Virus record (IMG/VR): IMGVR_UViG_3300032284_000688
Coordinates: 1 to 27,325 of that record
Direction: 5' to 3' (one strand)
Length of the DNA: 27,325 nt
DNA from: a virus
Taxonomy: Duplodnaviria > Caudoviricetes
The position numbers were made by a program, and so were the translations under genes. This document shows positions 25,819 to 27,325 of the stretch, in pieces. The notes beneath the pieces were generated by a model that worked only from the letters and a program-made list of their open reading frames with translations, was not told the DNA's origin and searched no databases. The first letter of the stretch is position 1; every line of letters begins with the position of its first letter.

Positions 25819-27213
25819 ATGTTAACTTTTAACCAATTTATCAGAGAGCAAACAATCTCAGAGACCGAATTTACTGGATTAAACAACAGGAAAAAAGGCG
25901 ACCCATTCATTACTGACGGATCGCCAACCGCCGGAGACCCACTGGATTTCGTTGACGTGCAATTTTTTCCTTCCATTGACAAATACACTGGAAACATCGA
26001 ACAAGTAATAATTGTCAACAAAACAAACGCTTCTCTTTCCGCATTTGCTGTTGCTACGTTCATTAACAAGAAAACCAATAAGCCCATTAACTATGGAAGG
26101 TATATGAAACCCGGATCTAAGATCTGGAAAAACAACAACCCAGGGTTCTTTAAGTTTCAAAGTCCGGCTTCTTTGAAATATCAGTCTGGTCTGATGGCCA
26201 AAGACGTACTTACAACGTTCGAGAAGTTAACGCCGGAAACCCTGTTAAATCAGATAGAAGCTAAATTCGGAAAAACCGTTCCAGTACTCGTTGAAATAAT
26301 GAAAGATACCATTAAAGCTGGATATCCTAACAACCCGAACGGTTATGATATTCCGGAGAGTTTAATGAAGGGAGTAATCATATACTATGCAGAACTGTTA
26401 CATCCGATTGCTTTGATAGGTAAGCCGATTGGGTTAGATCCAAGCGGAAACGCAGTAGAAGGGATTCAAAAGATCACAGGTAAAGAAGAAATACCTTCTT
26501 CCGCAAGAATTGAGTTTTCGACTAGCGCGTCAGAAGGATCATATGATTCTCGTATCGTTCTTCCTGGAGGAAAAACAGTCTACATAAGTTCTAAAGAATC
26601 CAACTCTTCTACCGGAGGAAAGGCTAGTTCAGGGAACCTTTGGAAGATGTACTCAGAGTTCGAAGATAAAACCATATTTGATTCTTACACGAAAGAGATC
26701 TCATACCTTAAAATTATTGAAGATAATAAAGCCCCTGAGGGTGCACTTCTTTTAGCAAAGTCGCTTAAGATCATCGATTCAAAAGAATTTGAAACATTGA
26801 CGAAGATGGACAGAAATATTGTAGACGATGACGCCACTGCCAAGAAATTGTTGTCTCCTCGTTTGCAAGAATATCGTAAGCTAAAAGGCGTCAAGCAAGA
26901 AACTCTATCACAAGAAGGCAAGGTTAAGTTGTTTTTCCGTGTTCTGAGAAGCATTGCTTCTCTGGCCGTAGACAATATCAATACCAAGACTAAGTTCAGC
27001 GAGTTTGCGTGTACCTTAGTAAATAGCAGCACGGTGCAGCTTTATACTAGATATACTAAAACTGGCAACAACATCAAGTTTAAACCGTGGAAAAATGTTT
27101 GGCCTTCGACAGCTGCAGTTGAAATATTGCTTTCCGCTGAGAAATATAGAGTCCACACTTCTGATAAAATTGCATATAAAATTAAATTAAGAGCATCAGC
27201 CCAGTCTAAATAA
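25819..27213 (+). CDS. Putative internal head protein, possible PD-(D/E)xK nuclease fold
   Basis: Start moved from 25807 to 25819 because GAGGA precedes that ATG and it gives MLTFNQFIRE. YAELLHPIAL ... SYDSRIVLPGGKTVYISSK resembles an E..D-x(n)-SxK restriction-like active site. Confidence 0.55.
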   Translation: MLTFNQFIREQTISETEFTGLNNRKKGDPFITDGSPTAGDPLDFVDVQFFPSIDKYTGNIEQVIIVNKTNASLSAFAVATFINKKTNKPINYGRYMKPGSKIWKNNNPGFFKFQSPASLKYQSGLMAKDVLTTFEKLTPETLLNQIEAKFGKTVPVLVEIMKDTIKAGYPNNPNGYDIPESLMKGVIIYYAELLHPIALIGKPIGLDPSGNAVEGIQKITGKEEIPSSARIEFSTSASEGSYDSRIVLPGGKTVYISSKESNSSTGGKASSGNLWKMYSEFEDKTIFDSYTKEISYLKIIEDNKAPEGALLLAKSLKIIDSKEFETLTKMDRNIVDDDATAKKLLSPRLQEYRKLKGVKQETLSQEGKVKLFFRVLRSIASLAVDNINTKTKFSEFACTLVNSSTVQLYTRYTKTGNNIKFKPWKNVWPSTAAVEILLSAEKYRVHTSDKIAYKIKLRASAQSK

Positions 27214-27325
27214 ACTGCTTGTCGTCGTATCCTGTAAATAGATCCAGGCCGTGTTCGGCAAACGCCTCTTTCATCTCGAAGAAACGTGGTCCATGTGTCA
27301 TCCGGGAGTAGTTTAGCTGCTCCCA
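27206..27325 (-). CDS. C-terminal fragment of a probable SprT-like zinc metalloprotease
   Basis: The reverse strand reads WEQLNYSRMTHGPRFFEMKEAFAEHGLDLFTGYDDKQFI*. HGPRF is the motif that follows HExxH in SprT-like proteins; the HExxH itself would lie outside the window. Confidence 0.6.
   Translation of the reverse strand, partial: WEQLNYSRMTHGPRFFEMKEAFAEHGLDLFTGYDDKQFI

Noticed and set aside
27207-27212. TAAATA as a late promoter
   Set aside because: It points into a convergent gene and is explained by the Ser-Lys-stop codons (TCT AAA TAA).
1-27325. tRNA, rRNA, introns, integrase or stop-codon recoding
   Set aside because: Intergenic gaps are all under about 70 bp, genes are intact under the standard code, and no such motifs were seen.

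Overview
A dense, almost entirely + strand segment of a large T4-like myovirus genome, with gene order resembling cyanophage/pelagiphage-type T4-superfamily phages. 1-17.5 kb is a baseplate cluster: gp48 (5'-truncated), gp53, a probable gp27-like hub, gp5 without a lysozyme domain, an unknown Pro-rich ORF, gp25, gp6, gp7, gp8 and a 1893-aa VrlC/DUF4815-like virion protein. 17.5-21.4 kb is a fibre/adhesin module: an S74-chaperone fibre, two candidate tip proteins and two small accessory proteins. 21.4-27.3 kb holds a RuvC-like resolvase, gp3, and four proteins that start with a T4 internal-protein-like capsid-targeting leader (M-K/L-S/T-F-x-E/Q-F). These four are an unknown protein, a putative ADP-ribosyltransferase-fold protein with a 26-aa variable tandem repeat, a HAD nucleotidase and a putative PD-(D/E)xK nuclease. 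The main candidate novelties are (i) this putative head-packaged, injected effector cassette, (ii) a GATG tetrapeptide found 19 times with varied codons in three virion proteins, possibly a modification sequon, and (iii) a double-palindrome element at 22356-22400. All family calls come from motif recognition and synteny; no searches were run.
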